NCBI GenBank assembly: GCA_037146775.1
Contig: JBAWWL010000002.1
Span: forward strand, 198,554 to 262,553
DNA length: 64,000 bases
Source of the DNA: Candidatus Omnitrophota bacterium
Lineage (GTDB): Bacteria > Omnitrophota > Gorgyraeia > Duberdicusellales > 4484-171
Direction of reading: 5' to 3'
A program made the position numbers and the translations under genes. The notes under the pieces are model-generated. The model worked only from the letters and a program-made list of their open reading frames with translations, was not told where the DNA came from and ran no database searches. Below, piece by piece: positions 10,275 to 20,427 of the stretch (position 1 is the stretch's first letter; each line of letters begins with the position of its first letter).

Positions 10275-11405
10275 ATGAAAATATCCAGGTTAGCTTTTTG
10301 TGCGGTTATAATAGCTTTGGTATTATACGCGTCTGTTGTTAACGTTAGCGTGCAATGTCCAGTTGTCTCCCGGATGGCTATGCCAAAGGGCTCGGAAATT
10401 TTAAAGGTCAAGCCGGCTCAAGTATGCAAATTTCTATCTTTTTCAACTATTGTCTACGCTCAAGAAACAGGAATAAATCAGGAAGAAGCTTTTCTTAAAA
10501 AGATGCCGCAGGATATTTTAGAAAGAATCGCCGAAAAGGGCCGGCCCGACGTAAGGGGTATGCTTGATCGTAATCGTCAAGGCTGGTTGCATCCCAGATT
10601 CCAGATGCCTGCGGCATTGTATCTTATTGTTGCTGCGTCTCAAGGTTCAGAGAGCCGCGCCAATGACGCCTGGCGGGCAATCGACGCGGTATTTGAGCGT
10701 CAAACAGAAGCGGGGAATTTTCAGCTTGGCTCTTTCAACGGGAAAAAGCCGGGCAGAATGGATGATTTATCCGGAGTTTCTTTTTGGCTCAACAGCCTTT
10801 GCCATGCTATTTTAGTGGTTCAGCAAAGCGACATGGCTGCGGCTTTTGATGAACGCATTAAAGTGTTGATGCCGAAGATCAAGAAAACAGCATATTGGCT
10901 GGCTGACGGATGCGACGAGCTTAAGAGCTATGACGTTCAGGCGGCAAATCGTCTTTTTCATGATGCGAATGCTTTCGGCTTTTCCGGGCTCTTGCTTAAT
11001 GACGAAAATCTTAAAAGTATAGGTAGAGATTTTTTGGAAGCAGGCTTAAAACTTCAACGTGAAGACGGCGTGTTTATGGAGAAGGGAGGGCATGATTCCG
11101 GTTACCAAGCGGTTTCTCTTATGTTGTTGCAATCCTATGCCATATATTTTCCGGAAGAAAGACTCAACCAGGCTATAGAACGGGGTATTAAGTGGGAGTT
11201 AAGCCGCGTAAAAGATAACGGCGAAATAGAAGTCGCAGGCAACACACGTACCGGATTAGGGCAGGAAGAATTCTTTGGAAAAATTAAAGATGTTAGTTAT
11301 GAATCGGCAGTCTTGGCATTTTTATATTATGCCGGCCGCACCGGCAGCCAAGATACAACCGCTACGGCAGAACGGATATATAAGTATGTTACACTGAAAA
11401 GATAG
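10275..11405 (+). CDS. Secreted hypothetical protein
   Basis: Signal peptide. No motif assigned. Confidence 0.3.
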   Translation: MKISRLAFCAVIIALVLYASVVNVSVQCPVVSRMAMPKGSEILKVKPAQVCKFLSFSTIVYAQETGINQEEAFLKKMPQDILERIAEKGRPDVRGMLDRNRQGWLHPRFQMPAALYLIVAASQGSESRANDAWRAIDAVFERQTEAGNFQLGSFNGKKPGRMDDLSGVSFWLNSLCHAILVVQQSDMAAAFDERIKVLMPKIKKTAYWLADGCDELKSYDVQAANRLFHDANAFGFSGLLLNDENLKSIGRDFLEAGLKLQREDGVFMEKGGHDSGYQAVSLMLLQSYAIYFPEERLNQAIERGIKWELSRVKDNGEIEVAGNTRTGLGQEEFFGKIKDVSYESAVLAFLYYAGRTGSQDTTATAERIYKYVTLKR

Positions 11406-11530
11406 GCACGGCTTTCAGTGGTGAAACGCTTTTAGCTTCCAATCAGTTGTCCGATTTCTAGCCCGCAACAACAGAAATAATTAGACCGCAAGATAGCCAG
11501 GATAAACCTTTCTTCTGGCCGTAAATATTC

Positions 11531-11559
11531 TTGCTATCACCACGCATCCTGGATATAAT
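11531..11559 (+). promoter_or_regulatory. Sigma70-like promoter (TTGCTA-17 nt-TATAAT) feeding a ~230-nt leader before the DUF4126 gene
   Basis: TTGCTA at 11531-11536, a 17-nt spacer, TATAAT at 11554-11559. Confidence 0.35.
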
Positions 11560-11794
11560 TAATTTATAAGTGCAGAGAGTAAGTATTTTTAGAAAAGTAT
11601 TTTGTTATTGTTCGATATCGTAGGGAGAGGAATTTGACCGCAAACTCCAGCGTACGTAACGGTAAAGAGTTTATCAAAATTGCTGCTTTTTCCATCAGCC
11701 CCGTGCGGAATTTCAAAATTTTAATTTCTAACCATAGGATAAGCGTGTTTCCAAAATTACGTTTCTGCCTTAAAGCCGGTTGGCGAGGTCTGTG

Positions 11795-12403
11795 ATGGAT
11801 GTGTTGAGCTCTGTCGGTGTTTTGTTGGGTAGCTCCTGGGCATCAGGCATCAATCTTTACATGACCGTCGCCGGTTTAGGTATCGCCCAGCGCATGCATT
11901 GGATTAATTTGCCCGGAGAGATGAATGTACTGGGTAACCCTTTGATTATTCTGGTGGCAGCAGCCATGTATGTGGTGGAATTTGTGGCAGATAAGATCCC
12001 TTTATTCGATTCAGTCTGGGATAGTGTACATACTTTTATCCGTCCTGTCGGCGCAGCAGCCCTTGGTTACATGGCTACTTCTAATATCGGCCCGGCGGCC
12101 CAGATTCCTGTCGCCTTGGTTAGCGGAGCGGTATCGCTTGACGCACATTTAACTAAAGCTACCTCGCGCGTCGCAGTTAACAGCACGATTCCCCTGGGAG
12201 TTAACTCGGTGGTCAGCCTCGGCGAAGACGCTTTTGTTTTAGGCGTACTTTATCTGATTATTAAGCACCCCGTTATTGCCGCGATATCGGTTATTCTCTT
12301 CATTATATTTTCTATCTGGTTTTTAATCATGATGTTTAAATTTTTAAAGAAAGTATTGCGTTTCATCTTCAGGTCAGGCGAGAAACCATATCAACCCGCA
12401 TGA
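11795..12403 (+). CDS. DUF4126 family membrane protein
   Basis: MDVLSSVGVLLGSSWASGINLYMTVAGLGIA... is typical of DUF4126. The ATG at 11795 is preferred over the TTG at 11780. Confidence 0.5.
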   Translation: MDVLSSVGVLLGSSWASGINLYMTVAGLGIAQRMHWINLPGEMNVLGNPLIILVAAAMYVVEFVADKIPLFDSVWDSVHTFIRPVGAAALGYMATSNIGPAAQIPVALVSGAVSLDAHLTKATSRVAVNSTIPLGVNSVVSLGEDAFVLGVLYLIIKHPVIAAISVILFIIFSIWFLIMMFKFLKKVLRFIFRSGEKPYQPA

Positions 12404-13347
12404 GAAAATATATTTTGACTGTGACGTTGAATCCCGCCATAGATAAGACCGCCAGAGTAGATCGTCTTCGATTGGGCCGTGACCACAGGGAAGAGGAACT
12501 GCATGTAAGTGCCGGCGGTAAAGGGGTCAATGTTTCTCGTTCGCTGGCTATATTAGGAGAGCCTACTTTAGCCACAGGTATTGTGGGGGGCCATACCGGC
12601 AAGTACCTGATCGCGCAATTAACAAAAGAAGGCATTAGAAATGATTTCCTCGAAACCGAAGGCGAGACCAGGGTAAATCTTACCGTTATTGATTCTTCTT
12701 CGTACGCTATTACCCGTATTATAGAGCGCGGCGTGCCGGTTACGCAGAAGATATTCGCGGCGTTTAAAGAGAAATACAAAAAACTTGTGCAACGAGCGAG
12801 CTATGTTGTTTTCTGCGGGGCTAACGCGTATGGTTTAGACGATAGAGCCTACGGTGAGCTTATCGCCATCGCGCATCGAGCGGATGTGGCGACAGCTCTG
12901 GATACACGCGGTGAATCTTTAATAGCCGGCCTTGCGTCGAAGCCTTTTATGGTAAAGCCTAATATTGAAGAAGCCGGATATATCGTGGGCGAAAAGCTTA
13001 CTACTCTTTCAAAAATAAAGAAAGCAGCGCGCTCTATAGCGGAGCAAGGTGTGCAGATAGTGCTTATCACTATGGGCTCAAGGGGTGCGCTGGCTTATAA
13101 TGGGAAAGAGGTGATATATGCTGCTCCCGGAGCTCTGACTTGTGTTAACCATGTCGGCTGCGGAGACGCTTTTCTCGCGGGGTTCATATCTTCACACAAA
13201 AGTCGGCTGTCTTTTAAGGATTCGCTCCGGAGGGCAGTAGCTGTTGGCTCAGCCAGCGCTTTGACTAAACAGCCCGGAGATTTTCGGATGAATGATGCTA
13301 AAGAAATTTTTGCCAAAATAAGAGTAAATACGCGGTTGTGTGCGTAA
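12400..13347 (+). CDS. PfkB-family sugar kinase, 1-phosphofructokinase/tagatose-6-P kinase-like
   Basis: N-terminal TVTLNPAIDKT, GGKGVNVS, and C-terminal GCGDAFLAGF anion-hole/ATP motif. Confidence 0.75.
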   Translation: MRKYILTVTLNPAIDKTARVDRLRLGRDHREEELHVSAGGKGVNVSRSLAILGEPTLATGIVGGHTGKYLIAQLTKEGIRNDFLETEGETRVNLTVIDSSSYAITRIIERGVPVTQKIFAAFKEKYKKLVQRASYVVFCGANAYGLDDRAYGELIAIAHRADVATALDTRGESLIAGLASKPFMVKPNIEEAGYIVGEKLTTLSKIKKAARSIAEQGVQIVLITMGSRGALAYNGKEVIYAAPGALTCVNHVGCGDAFLAGFISSHKSRLSFKDSLRRAVAVGSASALTKQPGDFRMNDAKEIFAKIRVNTRLCA

Positions 13348-13397
13348 TGTTTTGTGGCAAATTTTTTAGAAGATTGTTTCTGTAAAAAGAGGTTTTT

Positions 13398-14189
13398 ATG
13401 AGAAATTTTAGAAAAACCACGCAGCCTATTTTTGTATTATTTCTTATTTTGGTTTTAATTTCAATTTTTCTATGGCAGTTATCCCGGGAAAATAACAGGG
13501 ATATTCTTTATCAGGTTTCCATGATCGGCGCTCTAATGAAAGGCGGCTACGACACAGCGGCAGATATAAAAACACTAAAGAGCCATGGGGATTTTGGGAT
13601 AGGTACGTTTGATGCTCTTGATGGAGAAATGGTCGCCTTAGCCGGAAATTTTTACCAAGTCAGATCTGATGGCAGCGTTCATGTGGTGCTTGATGCTGCC
13701 AAAACCCCCTTTGCTTTAGTTACCTTTTTTGACGTTGACAGAAAAACCGTATTAGATAAACCGCTTGATTTGGAAAACATGAAAAAGTTTATCGACGGCC
13801 TTCTTCCTACCAAAAATATTCCCTATGCAATTAAAATCGAGGGCAGGTTTGATCACGTTAAAACCCGTAGCGTCCCGCGCCAGGAAAAACCCTATCGTGG
13901 CCTGAATGAGGCAGTTAACGAGCAGTCTGTTTTTGAATTATCTAACGTCGAGGGTGTTGTTGTTGGTTTTATAATCCCCGGTTATATGCAGGGGCTGCAT
14001 CCTTGCGGATACCACTTACATTTTTTAAGCGCAGACAGAAGATTCGGGGGTCACCTCCTGGAAGCAAAGCTTGCCCGCGGCGTTGTCAGTATCGATGATA
14101 CGTATCAGTATCACGTTACGCTGCCGAAAAATAACCAGTTTTCGCAGCTTGACCTTTCTGTCACCGACGCAGCTGCAGTAGAAAAATAG
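13398..14189 (+). CDS. Alpha-acetolactate decarboxylase
   Basis: QVSMIGALMKGGYDT..GDFGIGTFDALDGEMVAL signature of the ALDC family. Confidence 0.8.
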   Translation: MRNFRKTTQPIFVLFLILVLISIFLWQLSRENNRDILYQVSMIGALMKGGYDTAADIKTLKSHGDFGIGTFDALDGEMVALAGNFYQVRSDGSVHVVLDAAKTPFALVTFFDVDRKTVLDKPLDLENMKKFIDGLLPTKNIPYAIKIEGRFDHVKTRSVPRQEKPYRGLNEAVNEQSVFELSNVEGVVVGFIIPGYMQGLHPCGYHLHFLSADRRFGGHLLEAKLARGVVSIDDTYQYHVTLPKNNQFSQLDLSVTDAAAVEK

Positions 14190-14226
14190 ATTTTTCTTAT
14201 TAGAATTTTTTCATTAAGCTTAATTT

Positions 14227-15048
14227 ATGTGCGTTAAATCTCGGATATATCTTACTGCTTTATTAGTCTTGGTAATGGGTTGTGCAACTCTACCTAATGC
14301 CGGTCAGTTTGCCCAGTCCCATGGATTTGAGAAAAAATACCTCAAAACAACGCACTTTAGCCTCGCGTCTCAATACCGTTTCGCTAAAGTCGGTGAGCCT
14401 ATTACTATTTATATCGAAGGCGATGGCTGCGCCTGGGTTAACCGCAATCAGGTATCAAGCGACCCTACTCCTAAGAATCAATTAGTCTTAGCGCTTGCTG
14501 CGATAGACCCCGCAAGCAACGTAGCTTATCTGGCCAGGCCAGGGCAATATCCTGAATCCGGAAAGCCGGATTGCGCTTTAACCTACTGGACTGATAAACG
14601 TTTTTCGGAAGAGGTGGTTAGCTCGATGAACGAGGCTATAGATCAGCTTGCGTTCCGTGTTCAGGCAAATAAAATAAATCTTGTGGGGTATTCGGGAGGA
14701 GCGGCAGTGGCTGTTCTGATAGCTTCAAGGCGTAACGACGTTATAAGTTTGCGGACCATAGCGGGTAACCTCGATCCCAACGCCCTAAACCGTTATCATA
14801 AGGTGAGTGAACTTAAAAATGCGCTTAATCCTATGGATGTGGCAGAAAAAGTAAAAAATATACCACAACGTCACTTTGTAGGCTCACAGGATAAGATTGT
14901 ACCTGTTTTTATCGCGGAATCTTTTGTGAAGCGTATGGGCGAAAAAAATATACTGCTTGTTATCGTGGTCGATGGTGCTACCCATGCAACGGGCTGGCTC
15001 AAGCAATGGAAAAAACTTCTCGATTATCCTCTTGGAGAAGCGTGGTAG
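14227..15048 (+). CDS. Lipoprotein, alpha/beta-hydrolase fold
   Basis: Lipobox LVMGC. GxSxG nucleophile elbow (GYSGGAAVAV). Confidence 0.45.
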   Translation: MCVKSRIYLTALLVLVMGCATLPNAGQFAQSHGFEKKYLKTTHFSLASQYRFAKVGEPITIYIEGDGCAWVNRNQVSSDPTPKNQLVLALAAIDPASNVAYLARPGQYPESGKPDCALTYWTDKRFSEEVVSSMNEAIDQLAFRVQANKINLVGYSGGAAVAVLIASRRNDVISLRTIAGNLDPNALNRYHKVSELKNALNPMDVAEKVKNIPQRHFVGSQDKIVPVFIAESFVKRMGEKNILLVIVVDGATHATGWLKQWKKLLDYPLGEAW

Positions 15049-15194
15049 TCGCAGGGTCGTTATCCGGAGATTTCTATTTTGACATCTTTCTAATTCCGCA
15101 GTAAAGTAGATAATATATAGCTTTTTTAAACTAAGCTTTCCACGATAGGCAGACAAAGCTAAGCATTTAAACAAATCATAAAGGAGATTGCCAG

Positions 15195-16235
15195 ATGACA
15201 GCAAAGGAAAAATTAGATTTATCCGCCATCGCCGAAGAAGAGCTTTTGAAGCTGCGCGTAAAAGACTTGCCTTTAAGTATAGAGGGTACCTGGCTTGCCG
15301 ATTGCGTTCAGCAGTTTTACCAGGAACTAGAATCAAAAGGTATAAAATTTAAGCCTGTTTGTTATCTGGCTGATGAATGGTTTGCTCCTGATCAAGAGCC
15401 GGAAATCAGCATACCGTTCTTTTTGGCCCACCCCGCGCTTATAAAACTTGAAAAGAAAATGATGCGTGAGGCTGAAGGAGAAACCAAGTCTTGGTGTATG
15501 CAGCTTTTACGCCATGAAGCCGGACACGCTATCAACTATGCGTATAAATTATATCAATTACCGGAATGGAAAAAAATATTCGGCCAGTTTTCCAAAGAGT
15601 ATGGAGATGCGTACAGGTTTCGGCCTTACAGTAAGAGTTTTGTCAGGCATTTGGAAAAGTATTATGCACAATGCCATCCCGACGAGGATTTTGCCGAAAC
15701 CTTTGCGGTGTGGCTTACTCCGGGTTTGGATTGGCAAAATCAGTATAAAGGCTGGAAGGCTTTAGGTAAGCTCCAGTATGTTGACAGAATTGTGCAGGAA
15801 ATTAAAGACAAGCCGCCTCTGGTTAAAAAAGGCCAAAAATACCGCAAGGCGTCTTTGTTGAAACTTACCTTGGCGAATTATTATAAAAAGAAAAAACATA
15901 TTTATGCCGAAGATTTTCCTGATTTTCACGACAGCAACCTCACCAAGATATTTTTTGATCAGCATAAGGATGATACGAAACTTCCCTATGCTTACAGCAT
16001 AATCAAAAAGTATAAAGATACAATCGGCGATAACGTTTCAATCTGGACCGGAGAAAAAAAATTCATCATAAACGATTTGCTCGAGACATTGATCGCAAGG
16101 TGCAGGCATCTCGGTTTGTTGAATCCGATTTCTGAGCAGCAGGCAATACTTAAGGTTTCGGTTTACGTTACCGCGCTGATAATGAACTATGTGCATACCG
16201 GAAGATTTTTGAGGAAAGAATGGAAAAGAAGTTAA
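15195..16235 (+). CDS. Putative zinc-dependent metallopeptidase-like protein (HExxH)
   Basis: HEAGHAINYAY motif. No other assignable features. Confidence 0.35.
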   Translation: MTAKEKLDLSAIAEEELLKLRVKDLPLSIEGTWLADCVQQFYQELESKGIKFKPVCYLADEWFAPDQEPEISIPFFLAHPALIKLEKKMMREAEGETKSWCMQLLRHEAGHAINYAYKLYQLPEWKKIFGQFSKEYGDAYRFRPYSKSFVRHLEKYYAQCHPDEDFAETFAVWLTPGLDWQNQYKGWKALGKLQYVDRIVQEIKDKPPLVKKGQKYRKASLLKLTLANYYKKKKHIYAEDFPDFHDSNLTKIFFDQHKDDTKLPYAYSIIKKYKDTIGDNVSIWTGEKKFIINDLLETLIARCRHLGLLNPISEQQAILKVSVYVTALIMNYVHTGRFLRKEWKRS

Positions 16236-17242
16236 AAGTCCTCTTGGTTTTTGACTGTCCTTATCATACCGAGCGCGGTTATGACTTTGCCAAGGAATTC
16301 AAAGAACCGGATTGGGATACCCAGCTTAATGTGTACGAGGCGCTCAAAGAAAACGGCCACGAGGTAAGCTTGCTTGGGGTGCACGACGATACCATCGTAT
16401 TGGTTGAAGAAATACGCCAGAATAAACCCGACGTGGTGTTTAATATTATGGAGGGATTTAGAAAAAAAACCAATCTTGAAAGAAATGCTGCCTGGTTGCT
16501 TGAGATGCTGAATCTTCCTTTCACTGGCGCAGGAGCGAGCGCGCTTCTTATTTGTAACGATAAAGCTATCAGTAAAAAGATCTTAAGTTTTCATAAAATA
16601 CGCGTGCCGAATTTCCATACTTTTTATCGAAACAGAAAAGTAAAGCCCATCAAGCGGCCTAAGCTGCCTTTGATTGTTAAGCCTTTATGTGAAGAGGCTT
16701 CTGTGGGTATATCACAGGCGTCGGTGGTAGACAGCACGGAGGCCTGTGTTGAGAGGATAAAATTCATTCATGAAAAAAATAACATGGATGCTATTGTGGA
16801 AGAATATATTGCCGGAAGAGAATTCTACGTAAGTGTGGTAGGCAATAAAATGCTTGAAGTTTTGCCCATACGGGAAATGAAATTCGGCGAGATCGCCGAA
16901 CCGGAAAGTAGAATTGCCACCTACAAGGCAAAGTGGGACAATGATTACCGCAAAAAATGGGGGATACAAAATGTTTTTGCCAATAACATGCCTGAAGGGT
17001 TAGAAAAAAAGCTTACGCATATTTGCAAAACTGCCTACCGGGCGTTACAACTGAATTCTTATGCCCGCTTTGATGTGAGAGTTACCGCTGACGGGCGTAT
17101 TTATGTTTTAGAGGCCAACGCCAATCCTTGTCTGGCTAAAGATGATGAGATAGCCCAGTCTGCGGAGAAAAGCGGCACCCCCTACAATAAACTCATCCAG
17201 AAAATAGTCTCCCTCGCGTTAAATAATATCGATAATGCGTAA
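16220..17242 (+). CDS. ATP-grasp enzyme of the D-alanine-D-alanine ligase family
   Basis: A Ddl-like N-terminal domain and an ATP-grasp C-terminus (FDVRVTADGRIYVLEANANPCL). Confidence 0.55.
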   Translation: MEKKLKVLLVFDCPYHTERGYDFAKEFKEPDWDTQLNVYEALKENGHEVSLLGVHDDTIVLVEEIRQNKPDVVFNIMEGFRKKTNLERNAAWLLEMLNLPFTGAGASALLICNDKAISKKILSFHKIRVPNFHTFYRNRKVKPIKRPKLPLIVKPLCEEASVGISQASVVDSTEACVERIKFIHEKNNMDAIVEEYIAGREFYVSVVGNKMLEVLPIREMKFGEIAEPESRIATYKAKWDNDYRKKWGIQNVFANNMPEGLEKKLTHICKTAYRALQLNSYARFDVRVTADGRIYVLEANANPCLAKDDEIAQSAEKSGTPYNKLIQKIVSLALNNIDNA

Positions 17243-17374
17243 TCCCTGATGTGTGCATACAATCTCTTTGCGTGAGAATATTTTTTTCAAAAAGCGGTGT
17301 TTATGGCGCAGGTATTACGCGCGGGGTTATTGCGGCGAATTTTTCTGTTACGTGTATTTAAAGAAATATAATAT

Positions 17375-18382
17375 ATGGAGATGAACCAACCAGGTAGTAA
17401 TAATCGAGACGGGCAGATGATGATTAAGGGTTTTGTAACGCCCGAAAAAGCTAAATTACAGGCAGAAACGCTGGCGAATAGTCTTCGTAAGAGGCTCAAG
17501 CATTTATCTAAACGCTTCAAGCGTGAGGGGATTGATTGTTTTAGGCTTTATGATTGGGATAGTCCGGATATTCGTGTGGTTGTTGACTGGTATGCGGGGC
17601 ATATAGTTGTTGCGGAGTACGAGCGTACCCAAACCGGCCCCGAATATCTGCCTCAGATGGCTCTTGCGGCGGCAGAAGCTCTGTGCGTTTCGCCGGACAA
17701 GGTTCATATTAAGCGCCGGCATACAAATATCGAGCACGGCCCCCGTTATACGAGGATGGATTCTCGTGGACAACGTTTCGTAGTACGCGAAAGGAATCTG
17801 CGGTTTTGGGTAAATATGAGCGATTTTCTCGATACCGGTCTTTTTTCCGATCATCGCGATACACGTGTTATTATCGGTAAACTTGCCCAGGGTAAAGATT
17901 TCTTAAATTTATTTGCGTATACGGGAACGTTTACATGTGCGGCAGCGTCAGGCGGAGCGCGGACAACCGTGACCGTTGATCGTTCTAAGACTTACATTGA
18001 TTGGGCTAAAGAAAATCTTTTGTTAAACGGACTTTCGGGAGAACAGCATACATTCACTCAGTCGGACGTAATGAAGTATGTATCGAATGCGTTTGGCCAT
18101 ACGCGGCGTTTCACTTTGGCGTTTATTGACCCGCCATCTTTTTTTAAAGACCAGAATGCGCGGGTATCATTTGATATAAACCGCGACCATCCCGCATTGC
18201 TTCGCAATGTTGTAAAACTTATGAAGCCGGGTTCCGATGTATTTTTCTCGACAAATCACCAGCGTTTCCAGCCTCGCTTTAATGAAATTACGGTGAAAGA
18301 AATCATTGCCTTGACTCCTAAAACAATACCCGAAGATTATCGTAATCGCGGTATTCATGCGTGTTGGCACATGAAAGTATAA
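17375..18382 (+). CDS. Class I SAM-dependent RNA methyltransferase (RlmI/RlmK-like)
   Basis: NLFAYTGTFTCAAASGGA (motif I), the FIDPPSF (DPP) motif, and the usual domain order of RlmI/RlmK/YccW enzymes. Confidence 0.5.
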   Translation: MEMNQPGSNNRDGQMMIKGFVTPEKAKLQAETLANSLRKRLKHLSKRFKREGIDCFRLYDWDSPDIRVVVDWYAGHIVVAEYERTQTGPEYLPQMALAAAEALCVSPDKVHIKRRHTNIEHGPRYTRMDSRGQRFVVRERNLRFWVNMSDFLDTGLFSDHRDTRVIIGKLAQGKDFLNLFAYTGTFTCAAASGGARTTVTVDRSKTYIDWAKENLLLNGLSGEQHTFTQSDVMKYVSNAFGHTRRFTLAFIDPPSFFKDQNARVSFDINRDHPALLRNVVKLMKPGSDVFFSTNHQRFQPRFNEITVKEIIALTPKTIPEDYRNRGIHACWHMKV

Positions 18383-18457
18383 TGATTGGCAGATTCAGTT
18401 TACAAATAAAAATTTGCAGGGGGTTGAGAGCCGGTATCAACAAAAGAGGAGGAGAGG

Positions 18458-18898
18458 ATGAATAGGATAATTCTTTTTCCACTCGGTATTTTTTTGATGG
18501 CGTGTATGTCTTTGCAGGTATTGGGCAAGGCAATGCCCGTGGCAGATCTTGTCGAAGAGTACGGCCTTGGCGATACCAATAAAGTGACTGTGAGCGCGGT
18601 TGTATTGATTACGAAATTAAAAAACGTCGAAAAACCGCACGTGATCGAGATAGACAAGAATGATATACCTTTACTGTTGGCTGCCTTGCATAAAGTATCT
18701 TTTGAGCAAGGCGTTTACCACAAATGTTTAGGCGATTACAATGTCAGTTTTTATAGCGAGAAAGGCACACATATTTTAAATCTCGGCCATAAAACCATGA
18801 TTCAAACACAAAAGGGGATATACCATCTTGGCGATGATTTCGTAGCGATAATGAAAAAATATTTACCGCAATACTATTTAGATAAGGAGGCAAAATGA
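18458..18898 (+). CDS. Secreted hypothetical protein
   Basis: Signal peptide. SD GAGGAGAGG upstream. Confidence 0.3.
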   Translation: MNRIILFPLGIFLMACMSLQVLGKAMPVADLVEEYGLGDTNKVTVSAVVLITKLKNVEKPHVIEIDKNDIPLLLAALHKVSFEQGVYHKCLGDYNVSFYSEKGTHILNLGHKTMIQTQKGIYHLGDDFVAIMKKYLPQYYLDKEAK

Positions 18899-19320
18899 AA
18901 CGAGTAACCAAGGCGGCCCTTGTAATAAGTTTTGTCGTAGTGTTAAGTTTGCCTGTCTATGCGCGCAGTTTCATAGGTATAGGCACAGTAGGTATTTTTG
19001 AGCCGCAGATAGAGCCGGAATTACTTGCTCCTGTTACTGAAGAGGTTGATCTTTCCGGGAAAGATTCACTCGAGTTCAAATGGTTGCGCCGGTCATTGAT
19101 AGGCGTTGACCATTATGATTTTAGATTGTACAAAGGATATGATATGTATGGTTCGAATTTAATTCTTCAAGAAAAAGTACCGTACAATGCAGGCTCAATC
19201 AAGGTCAAGGCAGATTTATTTGAGATAGATCAAGTGTATACCTGGTCTCTGGTGCGCGTTGCGGATAACGGCAATAAAAGCGAGAAGAGTTTCTACTCAT
19301 TTAGGGTAGCGAAGAAATAA
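18895..19320 (+). CDS. Secreted hypothetical protein
   Basis: Signal peptide ending in the AxA-like site VYARS. 4-bp overlap with the upstream gene. Confidence 0.3.
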   Translation: MKRVTKAALVISFVVVLSLPVYARSFIGIGTVGIFEPQIEPELLAPVTEEVDLSGKDSLEFKWLRRSLIGVDHYDFRLYKGYDMYGSNLILQEKVPYNAGSIKVKADLFEIDQVYTWSLVRVADNGNKSEKSFYSFRVAKK

Positions 19321-19351
19321 GAATAAAATACGGAGCAGTTGAAATTGCTCC

Positions 19352-19474
19352 GGGTAGTTAAAGGGGTCAGACCCATAATTAAAGGGGTCAGATCTTCAGA
19401 TGTCAGATAAATTGCGGAAGGTAGTTAAAGTAATTAAAGGGGTCAGACCTTCAGATGTCAGATAAATTGCGGAA
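19352..19474 (+). repeat. Tandem (~57-bp unit x2, first copy shortened) REP-like element containing the 30-nt core AAAGGGGTCAGACCTTCAGATGTCAGATAAATTG
   Basis: Core copies at 19358-19374 (partial), 19381-19417 (one mismatch) and 19436-19472. The same core recurs at 24280-24313 (+) and 29981-30008 (-). It contains the small palindrome GGTCaGACC. Confidence 0.6.
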
Positions 19475-19500
19475 AGGTAATGTTTTCCTAGGTAGTTCTT

Positions 19501-19529
19501 TTGACAGATTTTCCATTTCGCGGTATATT
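19501..19529 (+). promoter_or_regulatory. Sigma70-like promoter TTGACA-17-TATATT directly downstream of the REP-like repeats
   Basis: TTGACA at 19501-19506, a 17-nt spacer, TATATT at 19524-19529, about 8 nt before the ATG at 19538. Confidence 0.35.
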
Positions 19530-19537
19530 TAAGAATC

Positions 19538-19876
19538 ATGAATGGATCCAAACATCAGTGGTTGCGCGCGTTTGTCCTGGGCGCTATGCTTAGCTTCCTG
19601 CTAATAATTGCTATAATTCTTTTGTGGCGGGTACGTACAAGCGGTTTTGCATTTACAGGTACAGGCATAAAACATTTCGGCGAATTGTTTCAGGGAAACC
19701 TACTCCTGCATATTTTTCTTGGTTTTTTTATTTCAGTTTTTAGCTCCACCATTTTTGTTTATTTTCTGGGCTGGTTTATTATAATTAGTATAGGAAAGTA
19801 TATTGTGAGGTCCTCGCAAAGATGTTGTGGGTTAAATTTATGGCTTACTATCACACGATTTCTACGTATCCTTTAA
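19538..19876 (+). CDS. Small hypothetical membrane protein (doubtful)
   Basis: The ORF follows a good promoter but has no SD and no similarity I can recognise. Confidence 0.2.
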   Translation: MNGSKHQWLRAFVLGAMLSFLLIIAIILLWRVRTSGFAFTGTGIKHFGELFQGNLLLHIFLGFFISVFSSTIFVYFLGWFIIISIGKYIVRSSQRCCGLNLWLTITRFLRIL

Positions 19877-19889
19877 GGATAAGTAGCTT

Positions 19890-20369
19890 ATGAAACGTGA
19901 TTATCGTTATTTAAAAGAAATTGCAGAGAAAGGTGTCTTCAAAGAAGGCCAGGAGGTAGAGGCAGTGGTATATGCTTTTACTGACTTAGGCGTCAAGGTT
20001 GCAATTAATGATATGTATAGCGGGCTTGCTTACAAAAATGAAATTTTTGACGATCTCGACTGTGGCCAACAGCTAAAGGCCTTTATAAAATGTATAAGAG
20101 AAGACGGTAGGATTGATGTTTCGCTGCGGCCGCGGGAAGGAAAGCAAGTTTTGGATACGGCAGGGAAAATTCTCAAATTGCTTAATGAAGCGGGTGGGCG
20201 ATTATCATTTAATGATAAGAGTTCCCCCGAGGATATTAAAAAGCACTTTCAAACAAGTAAGAAAGTTTTTAAAAAAGCAATCGGAGTGCTCTATAAACAG
20301 CGCAGAATAAAAATCACAACCACCGGCATTGAAATGGTTCCTGCGAGTAATTGTGATCGGCAAAAATGA
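19890..20369 (+). CDS. S1-like RNA-binding domain plus C-terminal winged-helix protein (short CvfB/YitL-like)
   Basis: The C-terminal SKKVFKKAIGVLYKQRRIKI resembles the CvfB winged helix. N-terminal S1-like beta-barrel region. Confidence 0.4.
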   Translation: MKRDYRYLKEIAEKGVFKEGQEVEAVVYAFTDLGVKVAINDMYSGLAYKNEIFDDLDCGQQLKAFIKCIREDGRIDVSLRPREGKQVLDTAGKILKLLNEAGGRLSFNDKSSPEDIKKHFQTSKKVFKKAIGVLYKQRRIKITTTGIEMVPASNCDRQK

Positions 20370-20427
20370 TATTGAACGTCTATGCAGGAAAGATTAAAAC
20401 CCCGTTGCGTACAGCGAGGCAAAGTGA

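Noticed and set aside
19352-19474. Possible CRISPR array (repeated 30-nt core)
   Set aside because: There are only two to three tandem copies, the spacing is irregular (one copy truncated), other copies are dispersed singly and inverted, and there are no cas genes. The adjacent Y1 transposase fits a REP/IS200-end-like element better.
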